Under the pieces are notes generated by a model. The model was not told the origin of the DNA, did not search any database, and saw only the letters and a program-made list of their open reading frames with translations. Source: an uncultured Christensenella sp. (GTDB lineage: Bacteria > Bacillota > Clostridia > Christensenellales > UBA1242). Taken from it: 59,959 bases of DNA. Position numbers and translations under genes: made by a program. Position 1 is the stretch's first letter. Every line of letters begins with the position of its first letter. Below are positions 49,403 through 58,509 of this stretch, one piece after another. The stretch lies in NCBI GenBank assembly GCA_964434145.1, contig CAYSUG010000004.1:1-59959 (forward strand). The letters are read 5' to 3'.

Positions 49403-50083
49403 TTATGAATAATAATTGATCAATTCTCCCATTTTGGCGGTCCTGATAACATCTTCCTTAATGGTGTTGTTCTCGCATTCTAGCACCACCTTGGATAGCG
49501 ACACCTCATAGGCTGTCTTGGTAATCACCTCACCATTATCCAGTTTCTTCTGATACACTCTGCTCTGGATCCTACCAGACACACTTACCTTGTCGCCAAT
49601 TTTGAAATTCTTGACATATCTAGCATTTCTGCCCCATGCTATACATGGGATATAGTCGCTCTTGTTATAACTACGATTGACAGCCAATAACACATCACAT
49701 ATCTCTCTATTGAATGGTGTAGTCCTATAGATAGGCTCCTTGCATACATAACCTACTATATCCACCTCATTTTCATCCTCTTCCACTTCTTCCAAGAACT
49801 CTCTAACAAATATTGTAAGTAGCAGCTTCGACTTATTATCCACTAATTTATTATAACTTCTGTATTGTCCTAGGAAGTGCACTTTCTGACCAATTGTAAG
49901 CCGCTCATTGTCTATCAATCTCTCAGAAATAGTAACTGGGATGATATCGTAAATATCCGACAACCTCTTAATCTTGATACTAAATTCATAGAATCCTTCA
50001 CCAAATATTTCATGGCTAAATGTAGGCTCCTTTGTTATTTCTCCAGACACCCTTACTGTGTTATTGTTTTCAATTTCGTTCAT
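49403..50083 (-). CDS. single-stranded DNA-binding-like protein with two tandem OB folds and no acidic C-terminal tail
   Basis: 226 aa. The second half, VGYVCKEPIYRTT...IPCIAWGRNARYVKNFKIGDKVSVSGRIQSRVY, fits the SSB OB-fold pattern. The first half is a divergent copy. Confidence 0.7.
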   Translation of the reverse strand: MNEIENNNTVRVSGEITKEPTFSHEIFGEGFYEFSIKIKRLSDIYDIIPVTISERLIDNERLTIGQKVHFLGQYRSYNKLVDNKSKLLLTIFVREFLEEVEEDENEVDIVGYVCKEPIYRTTPFNREICDVLLAVNRSYNKSDYIPCIAWGRNARYVKNFKIGDKVSVSGRIQSRVYQKKLDNGEVITKTAYEVSLSKVVLECENNTIKEDVIRTAKMGELINYYS

Positions 50084-50111
50084 TACTCTTTTTACCTCTT
50101 TTTATTAGTTT

Positions 50112-50885
50112 CTATTCATTTTCTCTTTGGATACCTAAATTATCAATATAATAGTTATCGTGCATAATCAGCTCGCCCACAGACACTATATCGTAGCCCG
50201 CATTTATTACACTCTCTATAATTAGCGGCAATGCATCTAATATATGGTCAGAATTGTTATGGCATAGTATAATGGAGCCACTAGTCAGCCTTGTCATCAC
50301 CCTATCACAGATCTCTACTCCACTCAACCCCTTCCAGTCTAGGGTATCAATATTCCACTGAATAGTCTTCAGCCCAAACTCGCTGCTGGCAATATTGAGA
50401 AGATTGTTATTGTATGCTCCATATGGGGCACGGAACAACTCTACCTTATCTTGTCCAATAATATCCTCTATTAGGTCTATACTGGTAGACAACTCTAGTC
50501 TCATATTGTCAGTGCTAAGTGACGTCATATCTGGATGCGTGTTACTATGTGTACCTATCTCTAACCCATTGTCATAGATATATCTCACCATATCTGGATA
50601 TTCTTCTACCCAAAACCCTACTAAGAAGAATGTAGCATTGATTCCGTATTCTTTCACCATATCCACTATCTGAGTCGTCTTGTCAGCACCCCACGCACTA
50701 TCAAATGTTATTGCAACTTTTTTCTCCGTAGTGTCCACATTGTATATAGGAACCAGCCTAATGTTGCTTCCCAGATACACAGCAGAGATGGGCGTACCAT
50801 ATATACTAAGTGAGAGTATACACGCACATAATATAATTACCATTAGTAATAACAGATACTTTTTCTTAACTATTAAGTATTGCAT
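50112..50885 (-). CDS. polysaccharide deacetylase (NodB homology domain), membrane-anchored/secreted
   Basis: 257 aa with an N-terminal hydrophobic anchor and the motifs TFDSAWGA and THSNTHPDM. Confidence 0.85.
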   Translation of the reverse strand: MQYLIVKKKYLLLLMVIILCACILSLSIYGTPISAVYLGSNIRLVPIYNVDTTEKKVAITFDSAWGADKTTQIVDMVKEYGINATFFLVGFWVEEYPDMVRYIYDNGLEIGTHSNTHPDMTSLSTDNMRLELSTSIDLIEDIIGQDKVELFRAPYGAYNNNLLNIASSEFGLKTIQWNIDTLDWKGLSGVEICDRVMTRLTSGSIILCHNNSDHILDALPLIIESVINAGYDIVSVGELIMHDNYYIDNLGIQRENE

Positions 50886-51046
50886 AATTTATTACCTTTT
50901 CTATTTTATAAGATCCGCGAAATTTAGGGAAAAATATTCTTTAGCATATTTTGTCGGATAAGTACGACTTTTGCCAAGTTATGTCCACCAGACCAACATG
51001 TTCCCTCATTCATAATACAATATGCTAAAAAGTTCTCATTTAGACC

Positions 51047-51083
51047 AAAAAAAATGCTATTGACTTAATCATAATCAATAGCA
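51047..51083 (-). terminator. rho-independent terminator after the pseudouridine synthase gene
   Basis: A 9-bp stem (TGCTATTGA and TCAATAGCA) is followed on the minus strand by T8. Confidence 0.75.
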
Positions 51084-51101
51084 TTCTTCTAACATTCAAT
51101 A

Positions 51102-51791
51102 TTACATTTGTAAATTATTAAGATTGAACACACTCCAAGGGACAGCATCCTCTGGAGGCATAGAGACGAATGTCATAACCTTCTTTGTCGTAGGGTGAAC
51201 AAATCTAATCCTATACGCCCATAGTGCCAAATTGTGTCCCTTAGCAAGAATAGCTCCGCCATATCTGACATCGCCGTACACGGGATGACCAATATGTTTC
51301 ATTTGCACCCTAATCTGGTGACTCCTACCCGTAACCAAATCAACCTTTACTAAAGAAACCTTCTCCTTAGACTGCAGCACTTCGTAACTCAACTCTGCAT
51401 ACTTGGCACCGGTAGTCAGTTCTGGCACAACCGCCACTGTATTGGTCCTAGCATTCTTCTTTAGATGATTCCTTAGTGTAGCCACCCTCTCCTTAGGCTT
51501 ACCATTAACCACCGCCAGATAGCTCTTCTCAAATTCTTTCGTCTTAATGCTCTCTGACAGTCTTCCTGCCGCCTTATCTGTCTTGGCAAATATCATTAGC
51601 CCACCGGTAGGCCTATCCAACCTATGCACTAGCCCCACATACACCCTACCCGGCTTAGAATACTTCTCTCTCAAGTAATTCTCTACCAATTCAACCATGC
51701 AAGTATCGCCAGTAATATCCCCTTGGGTAGGAATATTCTGTGGTTTGATCACAACCAGTATATGATTGTCTTCATATATAACATTTAGCAT
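51102..51791 (-). CDS. RluA-family pseudouridine synthase (no S4 domain)
   Basis: 229 aa with the catalytic motif HRLDRPTGGLMIFAKT and the HQIRVQ motif. Confidence 0.9.
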   Translation of the reverse strand: MLNVIYEDNHILVVIKPQNIPTQGDITGDTCMVELVENYLREKYSKPGRVYVGLVHRLDRPTGGLMIFAKTDKAAGRLSESIKTKEFEKSYLAVVNGKPKERVATLRNHLKKNARTNTVAVVPELTTGAKYAELSYEVLQSKEKVSLVKVDLVTGRSHQIRVQMKHIGHPVYGDVRYGGAILAKGHNLALWAYRIRFVHPTTKKVMTFVSMPPEDAVPWSVFNLNNLQM

Positions 51792-51828
51792 AAATATATC
51801 CTTTGTAAATTAATATACCATTAGTATG

Positions 51829-52083
51829 TTACATTTCCGCATCTTTGTCAACCAAAAACTTGATATCTCCACAGAGAATATCCGAATAACTGAAGCTAGT
51901 CCTATCCAGCATAGTTGCTTCGTCTGGCTTGATAATGAACATACTAGGATATACCTGATCTATAGTTGCATTTAACGTAATTAACTTGTTCCTTCCTCGA
52001 TTTATCACCATTTTTGTAGACTTGCCTTGCAAGCTTCTAACAATCGATTTTACTTCATTTAACTTGATACTACCCACTCTCAC
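51829..52083 (-). CDS. veg: Veg protein (DUF1021)
   Basis: 84 aa. ...VINRGRNKLITLNATIDQVYPSMFII...SFSYSDIL... matches the B. subtilis Veg pattern. The start is GTG. Confidence 0.85.
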   Translation of the reverse strand: MRVGSIKLNEVKSIVRSLQGKSTKMVINRGRNKLITLNATIDQVYPSMFIIKPDEATMLDRTSFSYSDILCGDIKFLVDKDAEM

Positions 52084-52257
52084 AATAACTTAACCACCCT
52101 CCTAATATTAAAATGTGTCAACAAATATACTAAAAACACACTTTTAATATAAATACAAAATTTAGTGCCAAAATATGCCATAATTTAACCAGACAATTAC
52201 TATTGCAACCACAAAAACATACCATTTACGACAAAAAACAAGACTAGAAATCTAGCC

Positions 52258-53298
52258 TTATGTTATATCTTCTAGCCTAATACTCTCGCCAGTCTCTGCG
52301 TCTTGGAACATTACAAAGTATCCCTCACCATTTGGTTTGGTAACATCAATCGGAACCCACTGACTATACCCATCCAACCCATCTGGAACATTGTCCTCCG
52401 CATATGCTGGCACACCATATGCTACATATCTAACAACCTCTAATTCATATATCAGACCTACTACATACACCCTGCCGTTGCCCTCGTAGTCTACTCTGAC
52501 CCACCTAGAATTGGGCACAACAGCGGCTAACCTAGATTCTTCTGGATATGCATCAAATAGTGCATCCAGCTGATCTGCTATCATTTCATAAAAATTAGCA
52601 TCGTCAGTCGCAAGTAGTGAGTCTATCTGCCTATCCACCTCTTCATCACTAGCATCAAATAGTTCTTCCTTGCTCAAGAACTTCACCTCGTCTGAATCCC
52701 TTACGGCAAAGACTTCGTTGCGATCAACAGAAGTGCTCACCCTCTCACCTACTGCATTATCAATACCTAGTTCTGTGTTGACCTCGCCTATATCTTCCTT
52801 TGCCTCTTCTACCTCTTCCATAGATACCGATTCAAACAACGTATCTGTATTCTCTGTAGAATCTTCTACCAATTCCACATCAGCCTTCACACTGTCTAAA
52901 CTTACATCCTTCTTAGCCTCTACCATAGTCGCCTTAGCACGCTGGGTACTCTCTATATACCCCAAAATTGTGGACTTGTAATTAGCAGTCTTGCCAGACT
53001 CCCCCCAGACTATAGCATTTGTATCATTTATTAATACACACGCTATGTCAGAATTTAAATCAAAGTCTGCAGCTAACTTGAAATCATAACCACTAGATTT
53101 TCCACAAATAACGCTCTGCTTGTACACCTTGCCAGCGGCCAATATCCCAAGTGTCATATCTCCTACAAATCTGCTATAATCTCTGAAATTAGCAAACACA
53201 CCAGTTCTGGTGCTAACAATATTAAGAACACAAATATCTTTCTTATCATTAGTCAATAATATTGTCTTCTTGATATAATCCAAGACCAAATCCTCCAA
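52258..53298 (-). CDS. hypothetical protein with a very acidic central linker and a conserved-looking C-terminal beta domain
   Basis: 346 aa. The C-terminus is RWVRVDYEGNGRVYVVGLIY...YVAYGVPAYAE...GYFVMFQDAETGESI. I could not assign a family from memory. Confidence 0.6.
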   Translation of the reverse strand: MEDLVLDYIKKTILLTNDKKDICVLNIVSTRTGVFANFRDYSRFVGDMTLGILAAGKVYKQSVICGKSSGYDFKLAADFDLNSDIACVLINDTNAIVWGESGKTANYKSTILGYIESTQRAKATMVEAKKDVSLDSVKADVELVEDSTENTDTLFESVSMEEVEEAKEDIGEVNTELGIDNAVGERVSTSVDRNEVFAVRDSDEVKFLSKEELFDASDEEVDRQIDSLLATDDANFYEMIADQLDALFDAYPEESRLAAVVPNSRWVRVDYEGNGRVYVVGLIYELEVVRYVAYGVPAYAEDNVPDGLDGYSQWVPIDVTKPNGEGYFVMFQDAETGESIRLEDIT

Positions 53299-53362
53299 AT
53301 CGCAAAAAATTACTACTTTAGATATATTCTATCTTATACAAAAATGTGCTAACAACGAATAA

Positions 53363-53438
53363 AACTCACAACAAAAAGACAATATCCTCTGTCAAATATT
53401 GTCGAAAATAAAAAAAGCTAAGAGCAACAACCCCTAGC
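53363..53438 (-). terminator. two tandem rho-independent terminators after the 196-aa gene
   Basis: Hairpin 1 spans 53417-53438 (8 bp including 2 G-U pairs) followed by T7. Hairpin 2, GACAATAT and ATATTGTC, spans 53368-53393 followed by T5. Confidence 0.65.
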
Positions 53439-53450
53439 ATTTCCTAATAA

Positions 53451-54041
53451 TCAAATACCAGCATAACTAATATTAATAACCACATCCGCAGTAAGTATCG
53501 CATCTAATGACGCATCTGTCACAGACATAATGACAACAAATGTATGACTAGCACCATCCTTTCCCACACTATACCATGCAGAATCCTTCTCACTAGCGCT
53601 ATCCTCACTCACGCCCAGCTTAACAGTAATATTGTCATCCTCTGTCATTCCACTGATGTCTACAGAATAGCACAACCAATCACTGCTTTTCTCTGACAGA
53701 TTAGTAATAGTAAATGAATATACCGCTCTGCCAGTAGATGTAAGAGCCACGTCACTAAATCTAATATAGCCATTATCATTCCTATCTTTGGAAAAAGATA
53801 CATTGCCACTATACCCTTCTACAAAAGGAATCTCTACCCCTTCCATATCACTAGGACTAGCATACTGTCTGCCGTGCGCCACAATTGAACAAGCCGTTCT
53901 ATTACTCTTATAACCAATAGCCATAGATGTAGGTTCGTTCATACTGGATGCAGCTAAGACTAACCCAGCAGTCAAGGACACTACTGCCAATATCAAAACT
54001 ATGCCAACTACACTTATGAGAATCTTATATCTATTACTCAT
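53451..54041 (-). CDS. N-terminally anchored protein consisting only of the family N-domain (stand-alone paralog of the N-terminal modules of 21378..23213 and 58510..59829)
   Basis: 196 aa with signal anchor MSNRYKILISVVGIVLILAVVSLTAGLVLAA. The shared motifs are SM(A/T)(I/V)(G/S)Y, F.DV.L....AVY.F.I.N, NI.VK.G and the terminal I.ISY. Confidence 0.75.
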   Translation of the reverse strand: MSNRYKILISVVGIVLILAVVSLTAGLVLAASSMNEPTSMAIGYKSNRTACSIVAHGRQYASPSDMEGVEIPFVEGYSGNVSFSKDRNDNGYIRFSDVALTSTGRAVYSFTITNLSEKSSDWLCYSVDISGMTEDDNITVKLGVSEDSASEKDSAWYSVGKDGASHTFVVIMSVTDASLDAILTADVVINISYAGI

Positions 54042-54083
54042 AACTCATCCTCTCCCTTACCCAAAAAAATAAACACTACGCAT

Positions 54084-54112
54084 AGTATAGCACAATAATA
54101 TCTAATTTGCAA
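54084..54112 (-). promoter_or_regulatory. promoter TTGCAA-17 nt-TGcTATACT of the 196-aa gene
   Basis: On the minus strand, TTGCAA is at 54112-54107, the spacer is exactly 17 nt, and TATACT at 54089-54084 is preceded by TGC. Confidence 0.65.
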
Positions 54113-54144
54113 CCCCTAATTTAGCCGTATTAGAATGTTGACCA

Positions 54145-54171
54145 GAAAAAGCGGTTTCAATAAAACCGCTT
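54145..54171 (-). terminator. rho-independent terminator after typA
   Basis: On the minus strand, AAGCGGTTT-TATTG-AAACCGCTT is followed by a T-run. Confidence 0.8.
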
Positions 54172-54176
54172 ATAAA

Positions 54177-56012
54177 TCATTCAACATCGATATTATTTTT
54201 CTTTCTAAAATCCGCCCTGCCTCTAAGTGTATGGTCTAGAATAATTTTTCTTATTCTTAGACTTGTAGGAGTAACCTCTAACAACTCGTCATCGTTAAGG
54301 AATTCTAGACTCTCTTCCAAAGTCAGCTTCCTTACTGGCTCCAATCTTAGAGCCTCGTCACTGGCACTAGAACGCATATTGGTCAATTGCTTTCTTTTGC
54401 ACACATTGACAACAATATCATCCATTTTAGGATTAATGCCTACAACCATTCCGCCATAGACCTTGTCGCCAACCGTTACCAGCAATCTACCCCTCTGCTG
54501 AGAATTGAACAAGCCATATTGAATGCATTCGCCATTCTCGTAGGCAATTAGTGTGCCAAAGTTCCTTCTATCTATGTGTCCCTTGTATGGCTCGTATCTC
54601 TCAAAAATTGTGTTCATGATACCCTCACCATTAGTGTCGGTCAAGAATTGCCCCTTGTATCCAAATAGTCCTCTCGTAGGAATCAAGAACTCCAGCTTCA
54701 TTCTGCTACCAGCGTTGGTCATTGTCACCAATTCACCCTTTCTAGAACCCATTGCATTGATAATAGTTCCCGCACAACCCTCTGGAACATCGATAAATAG
54801 CCTATCTATAGGCTCGTGCTTCACACCATCTATCTCTTTGATCAGAACTTTCGGCATACTTACTTGGAATTCATATCCATCTCTACGCATATTCTCTATC
54901 AGTATTGATATATGCATCTCGCCTCTGCCTAGAACCTTGAACGTATCTGCACTCTCAGTCTCCAGAACCTTTAGACTCAAATCCTTAGTAGCTTCTTTTA
55001 AAAGTCTCTCTCTCAGGTGCCTACTAGTACTATATTTTCCTTCCTTTCCACAGAATGGACTATTATTGACCATGAATAGCATCTCCATGCTAGGCTCAGA
55101 TATTTTAACAAATGGAATGGTTGTCACATTATCCTTGTCTGATACTGTGTCACCAATAGCGACCTCTGTACTGCCAGCAATACATACTATATCACCCGCA
55201 ACAGCCTCCTCTACAGGAGTCCTCTTCAATCCGTCGAAGACGAATATACCTGTTACTCTGAATGCTGGCTTTGAAGCCATGCTATCATGATAATTAGTAA
55301 TAGCTAGGTTTTGTCCTACTTTTAGCTTCCCATTCTCTATCTTACCGATAGCAAGTTTTCCTAGATAATCATTCTGCTCTGCAGAACTAACCAACATAGC
55401 AAATGGCTTGGTCTCATCACCCTGTGGCGCATCTATATAGGATATAATAGTGTCAAACAAAGGCTTGAAATCTGTGCCTTGCTGATTAGGATCCTTGGAG
55501 CTAAAGCCATATCTGCTGGATGCAAATACAAATGGGCTGTCCAGCTGCTCTTCATTAGCATTAAGATCCATAAACAGCTCCAATACCTCATCCATTACTT
55601 CCTTGACACGAGCATCCTTCCTATCAATCTTGTTAATAACAACGATGACCTTGTGATTCAACTCCAATGCCTTCTGTAGTACAAATCTGGTCTGTGCCAT
55701 TGGTCCTTCGAACGAGTCTACGACAAGTAACACGCCATCTACCATCTTCAGCACTCTCTCTACCTCTCCGCCGAAGTCCGCGTGTCCTGGAGTATCAATA
55801 ATATTGATCTTCACACCCTCATATGTCACTGCTGTATTCTTGCTAAGGATAGTAATGCCACGCTCACGCTCTAGCGCATTGCTGTCCATTACTCTGTCCG
55901 CAACCTCTTGATTCTGCCTAAACGCCCCGCCTTGCTTCAACAATTCATTAACCAGACTAGTCTTGCCATGGTCTACGTGGGCAATTATCGCAATATTTCT
56001 AATATCTGTCAT
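54177..56012 (-). CDS. typA: translational GTPase TypA/BipA
   Basis: 611 aa. [28 protein letters not shown] and NKIDR are the G-motifs, and the EF-G-like domain order is typical of BipA. Confidence 0.97.
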   Translation of the reverse strand: MTDIRNIAIIAHVDHGKTSLVNELLKQGGAFRQNQEVADRVMDSNALERERGITILSKNTAVTYEGVKINIIDTPGHADFGGEVERVLKMVDGVLLVVDSFEGPMAQTRFVLQKALELNHKVIVVINKIDRKDARVKEVMDEVLELFMDLNANEEQLDSPFVFASSRYGFSSKDPNQQGTDFKPLFDTIISYIDAPQGDETKPFAMLVSSAEQNDYLGKLAIGKIENGKLKVGQNLAITNYHDSMASKPAFRVTGIFVFDGLKRTPVEEAVAGDIVCIAGSTEVAIGDTVSDKDNVTTIPFVKISEPSMEMLFMVNNSPFCGKEGKYSTSRHLRERLLKEATKDLSLKVLETESADTFKVLGRGEMHISILIENMRRDGYEFQVSMPKVLIKEIDGVKHEPIDRLFIDVPEGCAGTIINAMGSRKGELVTMTNAGSRMKLEFLIPTRGLFGYKGQFLTDTNGEGIMNTIFERYEPYKGHIDRRNFGTLIAYENGECIQYGLFNSQQRGRLLVTVGDKVYGGMVVGINPKMDDIVVNVCKRKQLTNMRSSASDEALRLEPVRKLTLEESLEFLNDDELLEVTPTSLRIRKIILDHTLRGRADFRKKNNIDVE

Positions 56013-56196
56013 ACAACACCTCGAATTTTTTTGGGAACAAAAAATATTTAAAACAAATATTTCGTCTCCAAACTATAAAAACTGCAATATTTTAGCACAA
56101 GATAATCCAAAAATCAAGATTTATTAGCAAGTAATTCACTTTGTGCCAGCATTATATCAGATTTTTTCAATTTTTAATTTTTTTTGGAAAAAACTC

Positions 56197-56223
56197 TTGA
56201 CAATATATATATATATATATAAT
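56197..56223 (+). promoter_or_regulatory. promoter TTGACA-(AT)n spacer-TATAAT upstream of the 217-aa gene
   Basis: TTGACA is at 56197-56202, (AT)9 at 56203-56220, and TATAAT at 56218-56223. The spacer is 15 nt as assembled. A T-rich UP-like region lies upstream. Confidence 0.6.
56203..56220. repeat. dinucleotide repeat (AT)9
   Basis: Counted directly. Confidence 0.95.
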
Positions 56224-56258
56224 TTTCATATAACCACTATAATAAAGGAGAATAACAT

Positions 56259-56912
56259 ATGGGAATTATAGACAAAGTATCTAACTTCATTGATGACAAA
56301 ATGCATGATGCGGCATTAAAGAAAGACGCAGCAACATATGGGCTAAGTGACACTCACTTCATAGACGGTGACTTTATGAAAAACATTGTTGGTTGGGAGC
56401 CCCTAACATATACTAACGAAAAGGGTACCGCAACAGTGGGCGACGGAATAAGATTCTATAGAGAAAATGCAGAAGGAAAGATGCAGGTCGTTACACTACC
56501 TGGTCTAAGCTCTAGACAGAATGCACCAAAGGCTTCTGGCTGTGCCAGAATGGGAATATCTTATGTCCTAGAGGGTCATGAAGATAAGCTAAAATCCAGT
56601 GCAGATTATCACAAAGTAGAGAACGAAGGCGATGTAATGGACGCCCTAGTCAGCGGAATACACTCTGGAGGAGAACAAATCATTACAGATTACTTCAATC
56701 CAGAATTTGCATCAGCACCACAGACCAAGGCTTTGTTACAGAAATCATGCGAAAAACATCTAGAACAGGCTCAAACGCACAATGAAGAGGCTAAAAAGCA
56801 AGGTAGAAAGCAAGTGTCAATAGAGTCCATCAAGGCACATGGCAAGAAAATCATGGATACACTTGCTAATATCGCCTCCAGATTCCGCCAACACGAGGAA
56901 ATGGGAGAATAA
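56259..56912 (+). CDS. hypothetical soluble protein (217 aa)
   Basis: The SD is AAAGGAG. There is no TM segment or signal peptide, and I recognised no family. Confidence 0.65.
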   Translation: MGIIDKVSNFIDDKMHDAALKKDAATYGLSDTHFIDGDFMKNIVGWEPLTYTNEKGTATVGDGIRFYRENAEGKMQVVTLPGLSSRQNAPKASGCARMGISYVLEGHEDKLKSSADYHKVENEGDVMDALVSGIHSGGEQIITDYFNPEFASAPQTKALLQKSCEKHLEQAQTHNEEAKKQGRKQVSIESIKAHGKKIMDTLANIASRFRQHEEMGE

Positions 56913-56936
56913 CAAAACAAAATAGTTAGGACAAAC

Positions 56937-57749
56937 CTAACTATTTTTCTTTTCTGCTATCTTTTTGGCAAAATCCAACTCCCAGTCGTACGTCTCTGAC
57001 TTCTTGTATTTTGCATATTTGTCTGCAAAATCCCTCTTCGTGTCCTTAGTTATTGCTAAGATATGAGTGTCATATTTCTCCTTATTCGCTGCCAATATTG
57101 CGTCCTTTGCTGCAATATCTTCTGCTGACCCCTGTAGCAGCGTTGCAGTCATATCCTCGTGATAATCCTCTAGTATCTCCATTAACTCACTCTCTGTCAA
57201 CCTTGCCAAATCCCTGAAATCATACTCATCTGTCTTCTCCATGACAGATTTGATAACCACCAACTTCTCAATACTAGACACACCCTTTTCCTTCTTCTGA
57301 TTATATAATGCCAGATCAGCATCACTCTCCGCAATTACGCAATATATCTCGTTATCTAGAAAATACTTACTGCACGCCACATATATCTCATTTTCTATGG
57401 CTTGGGTAAAAGTAGATGAGACAGATATCTGTACGCCGTTATTATCACCATCCACATCTATATATCCCATACTCGCACACAGCTGCAGATACTTTGGCAC
57501 AGCCTCCTCTATGTTTAATCCAACGAATTCCTCACCCGCTAGCATTACCCTAGCCCTGTCATCCACAGGATATATAGTGTCTACTATGTTATTGCTATCT
57601 GTCAAGAACTCTACAGCCACCCCTACATCCAGCCTATAATATCTAGAAGACCGCATAGCTACACCTTCGCTAAAATATACAACTAGTGCCATTATAACAA
57701 AGACTAATATACTGGCAGAAATAAATATAATTTGATGAGATTTTTTCAT
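56937..57749 (-). CDS. single-pass N-terminally anchored membrane protein, unknown function
   Basis: The likely start is the ATG at 57749 (MKKSHQIIFISASILVFVIMALVVYF) after an AGGGGA SD. The extracytoplasmic part is YYRLDVGVAVEFLTDSNNIVDTIYPVDD.... Confidence 0.65.
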   Translation of the reverse strand: MKKSHQIIFISASILVFVIMALVVYFSEGVAMRSSRYYRLDVGVAVEFLTDSNNIVDTIYPVDDRARVMLAGEEFVGLNIEEAVPKYLQLCASMGYIDVDGDNNGVQISVSSTFTQAIENEIYVACSKYFLDNEIYCVIAESDADLALYNQKKEKGVSSIEKLVVIKSVMEKTDEYDFRDLARLTESELMEILEDYHEDMTATLLQGSAEDIAAKDAILAANKEKYDTHILAITKDTKRDFADKYAKYKKSETYDWELDFAKKIAEKKNS

Positions 57750-57841
57750 AAAAATGTCCCCTTTGTATCTCATATTCTTCCCCAAAACAAGGCAATATAA
57801 TCAAACAAGTAATAAAAATGAAATTTTATCAACAATACATA

Positions 57842-57870
57842 TTGACAAATTAAAAATATGCTGATAAAAT
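57842..57870 (+). promoter_or_regulatory. promoter TTGACA-17 nt-TGaTAAAAT for the 179-aa gene
   Basis: TTGACA is at 57842-57847, the spacer is 17 nt, and TAAAAT at 57865-57870 is preceded by TGA. Confidence 0.6.
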
Positions 57871-57904
57871 GCCTCTGTAAAAGACTAATAAAAGGAATGG
57901 AAAA

Positions 57905-58444
57905 ATGAGTAAAATAGTAGAAAAGATAAAGGAACAAATCGCATTAAGAAAAAAAGCGAAAGAATTAAAACTCGAAATCTCTGACCTAAAAAATGCTGAG
58001 AGTGATGCATTTATAGGTTATGTACAGTTTGCAACAAAGCACGAAAATGAGCATGGCAAAGGAAAAAACATCACCGAACGCGAAGAGAAAAAACTAAAAA
58101 AGGCTCGAAAAATTAACGAGAAATTAAGCAAAGCTGAAAAAAAATTGCATGATGTAGAGGAACATATCAGACATCCTTTTGCACCTGAGACCAGCCCAAT
58201 CGACGATGTTTTCATTCCATCAGACGGAGAAAAAAGCAGGTTCTTTCCAATACACGTATCTGCTAACGATGTTTTTATCCCCACAGAGGATAGTGAGAAC
58301 GAGTTAAATGGTGATGGCGAATATGACACATATCTAGATGAGGATGGAAAGCCACTGATTTCTGAAAAGGATTGGAAAGATATCAAACAAGGAAAGAAAC
58401 TACCACTGCCTCCTCACGAACATATAGATACGCCAGAGAAATAA
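57905..58444 (+). CDS. hypothetical K/E-rich protein (179 aa) with an internal DVFIP(S/T) repeat
   Basis: The N-terminal half looks like a coiled coil. The repeats are DDVFIPSDGE and NDVFIPTEDSE. Confidence 0.6.
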   Translation: MSKIVEKIKEQIALRKKAKELKLEISDLKNAESDAFIGYVQFATKHENEHGKGKNITEREEKKLKKARKINEKLSKAEKKLHDVEEHIRHPFAPETSPIDDVFIPSDGEKSRFFPIHVSANDVFIPTEDSENELNGDGEYDTYLDEDGKPLISEKDWKDIKQGKKLPLPPHEHIDTPEK

Positions 58445-58471
58445 AAAAGCCAAAGACAAATTGCCTTTGGC
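58443..58471. terminator. hairpin terminator shared by the convergent 179-aa and 439-aa genes (T-run only on the minus strand)
   Basis: GCCAAAG at 58449-58455 pairs with CTTTGGC at 58465-58471. An A6 run lies upstream on the plus strand, which is a T6 run on the minus strand. Confidence 0.55.
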
Positions 58472-58509
58472 ATATAGTACCTATAAAGATTGGGTACTTT
58501 TTTTATTTA

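Noticed and set aside
56238-56243. A second TATAAT hexamer upstream of the 217-aa gene.
   Set aside because: It abuts the SD (AAAGGAG, 56244-56250), so a transcript starting after it would lack the ribosome-binding site. There is no -35 at a suitable distance.
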